From Octopus bimaculoides (lineage: Eukaryota): 36,165 nucleotides of DNA. Location: assembly GCF_001194135.2 (NCBI RefSeq), contig NC_068982.1:16813727-16849891 (forward strand). Direction: 5' to 3'. A model generated the notes under the pieces. That model was not told the DNA's origin, made no database searches, and saw only the letters and a program-made list of their open reading frames with translations. This document shows, one piece after another, positions 34,721 through 36,165 of the stretch (positions within the stretch are counted from its first letter, which is position 1; the number at the start of each line of letters is the position of its first letter). The position numbers and the translations under genes were made by a program.

Positions 34721-35227
34721 AACTCGAATTTGTTCCTTAAGTTCAGTAATGTTGTGGGGCTTTGTTGAGTAAACTTTCTCTTTGAGACCGCCCCACAGGA
34801 AAAAGTCAGGCAGGGTCAAATCCGGCGAACGAGACGGCCACTCAAGCGGTCCTCGCCTGCCAGTCCATCGACAGGGCAGGTTGGTGTCCAGCCAGTCTCG
34901 CACAAGCATAGCATAATGGGCCGGTGCACGGTCCTTCTGAAAGTACAGACCTTCTGCTCCATCCTGCTGTTGTAATAACGGCAAAAGCAGCTTCTGTAGC
35001 ATAGCCAGATAACTTTGTGCAGAACCATTTCAAAACCGCAATCTTTTGCTCTTTTGTTAATCGGGTGTACATAATCGATATAATAGTATATCTGAAATAG
35101 CGGGGAAAAGCAAGAAATAAAAATATAAGATTTCAGCTTTCAAATGACATATGAAATAGAAAAATTGAATAAGTATCAACAAAGTTACAAGCAAAAGAAA
35201 ATATATAGTTACTTATGGCGGACCCTG
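34721..35227 (-). mobile_element. rosa/DD41D Tc1-mariner fragment, one end, internally deleted
   Basis: TA|CAGGGTCCGCCATAAG end at 35227. MYTRLTKEQKIAVLKWF is fused to SYLAMLQK..YFQKDRAPAH..WPSRSPDLTLPDFFLWG, with 41 residues between the last two catalytic Asp. Confidence 0.85.
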
Positions 35228-35252
35228 TATATGTGTGTGTATATGTATATAT

Positions 35253-35327
<75 letters not shown>

Positions 35328-35721
35328 AGCACAACAGGAAAGGTTGACAGCTCACTTACGTTACGTGTAGTGAACCTCATTTCTCTCGTAAAGCATCGAT
35401 TCCTCCATCCATCTATCTATCCATTCACCGGTCCTAAACACACGAGAAACATGTCTCCTTCACGGGATTCTAACACAGTAAGTTTGTGACCACAAAATAC
35501 TTATAGCAGACTTGAACTCCCAAATCTTGGCATGATAGTGTAATACCGAATCTCAATTATTTGTTTTGTAATATAACAAACCAAGATATTTATGAAACAC
35601 GACTTCTTAAAGTGAAATACTAACCTTTTACATAATTTTGGCACTAAAAGTTTAATTTTTATAAGTCAAATTTATGGATACGTATGCACTTACTAGCAAG
35701 GAATGTCCATATTCTACTTAC

Positions 35722-35832
35722 TTTATCTGCATATACTATCGCCACAATGCCAGTCGGGAGGAAGCAGAACAGGGTGACAAGAATTGCTGTAAGCATGTTA
35801 TTAGGAACGTATTGTTTTTCTTGGTTTAATTG
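35722..35832 (-). CDS. Gene B exon: first half of the CD225 domain
   Basis: tttctgtttcag| QLNQEKQYVPNNMLTAILVTLFCFLPTGIVAIVYADK |gtaagt. 111 nt, phase 0/0, 21/37 aa identical to the gene A exon. Confidence 0.9.
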
Positions 35833-35959
35833 CTGAAACAGAAATAAAGGAATAAATGAATGCAATAACATAATTAAATTGGGATGAATATGATAACAAC
35901 GACGATACTGTTACTACTAATACTACTACTAATAGTATATATAATAATAATAAGAATAA

Positions 35960-36016
<57 letters not shown>

Positions 36017-36017
<1 letters not shown>

Positions 36018-36165
36018 CCCAGAAAAGGACCATTAAAACAACGAACTTAGCACCTGAGCAACTCTGGGCTCCTATAACAACTGAAGAGGTCACCCAGACA
36101 CTGCAAAGACTAAGCAACTGGAAGGCACCTGGACACGACAAGATCCCCAACTTCTGGTTAAAACA
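36017..36165 (+). mobile_element. R4/Dong-type LINE RT fragment (runs off the window)
   Basis: PITTEEVTQTLQRLSNWKAPGHDKIPNFWLK. Confidence 0.8.

Noticed and set aside
35330-35560. Possible SINE head on the minus strand (GGAGTTCAAGTC)
   Set aside because: Only a B-box-like motif, with no convincing A box, tail or TSD.

Overview
AT-rich, repeat-dense animal genomic DNA with six assembly gaps (2,266 N in total). The SINE, LINE and microsatellite content suggests an octopus or related cephalopod, which is an inference. Two spliced host genes can be reconstructed, and neither shows up as a single ORF. They are a convergent (tail-to-tail) pair of CD225/dispanin-family (PRRT1/IFITM-like) membrane-protein paralogs. 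Gene A (+) has coding exons at 10390-10715, 11212-11322 and 16572-16724; its start exon was not located. Gene B (-) has exons at 35832-35722 and 29592-29428; its 5' part lies beyond the window. The rest is mostly decayed mobile DNA: R4/Dong-, HERO-, Tx1- and RTE-type LINE fragments, Penelope-like relics, tRNA-derived SINEs, and mariner, rosa/DD41D, hAT-Buster, Chapaev3 and Helitron-like DNA elements. The main leads are: (1) a nearly canonical minimal type-I hammerhead ribozyme inside a 351-bp terminally redundant structured unit (retrozyme/Penelope-like); (2) a dispanin pair that looks like a recent inverted duplication, with coding exons more diverged than adjacent intron DNA and loss of the GxxxG motif in one copy; (3) repeated fold-back junctions at LINE ends. 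All identities were counted by hand and no database search was run.
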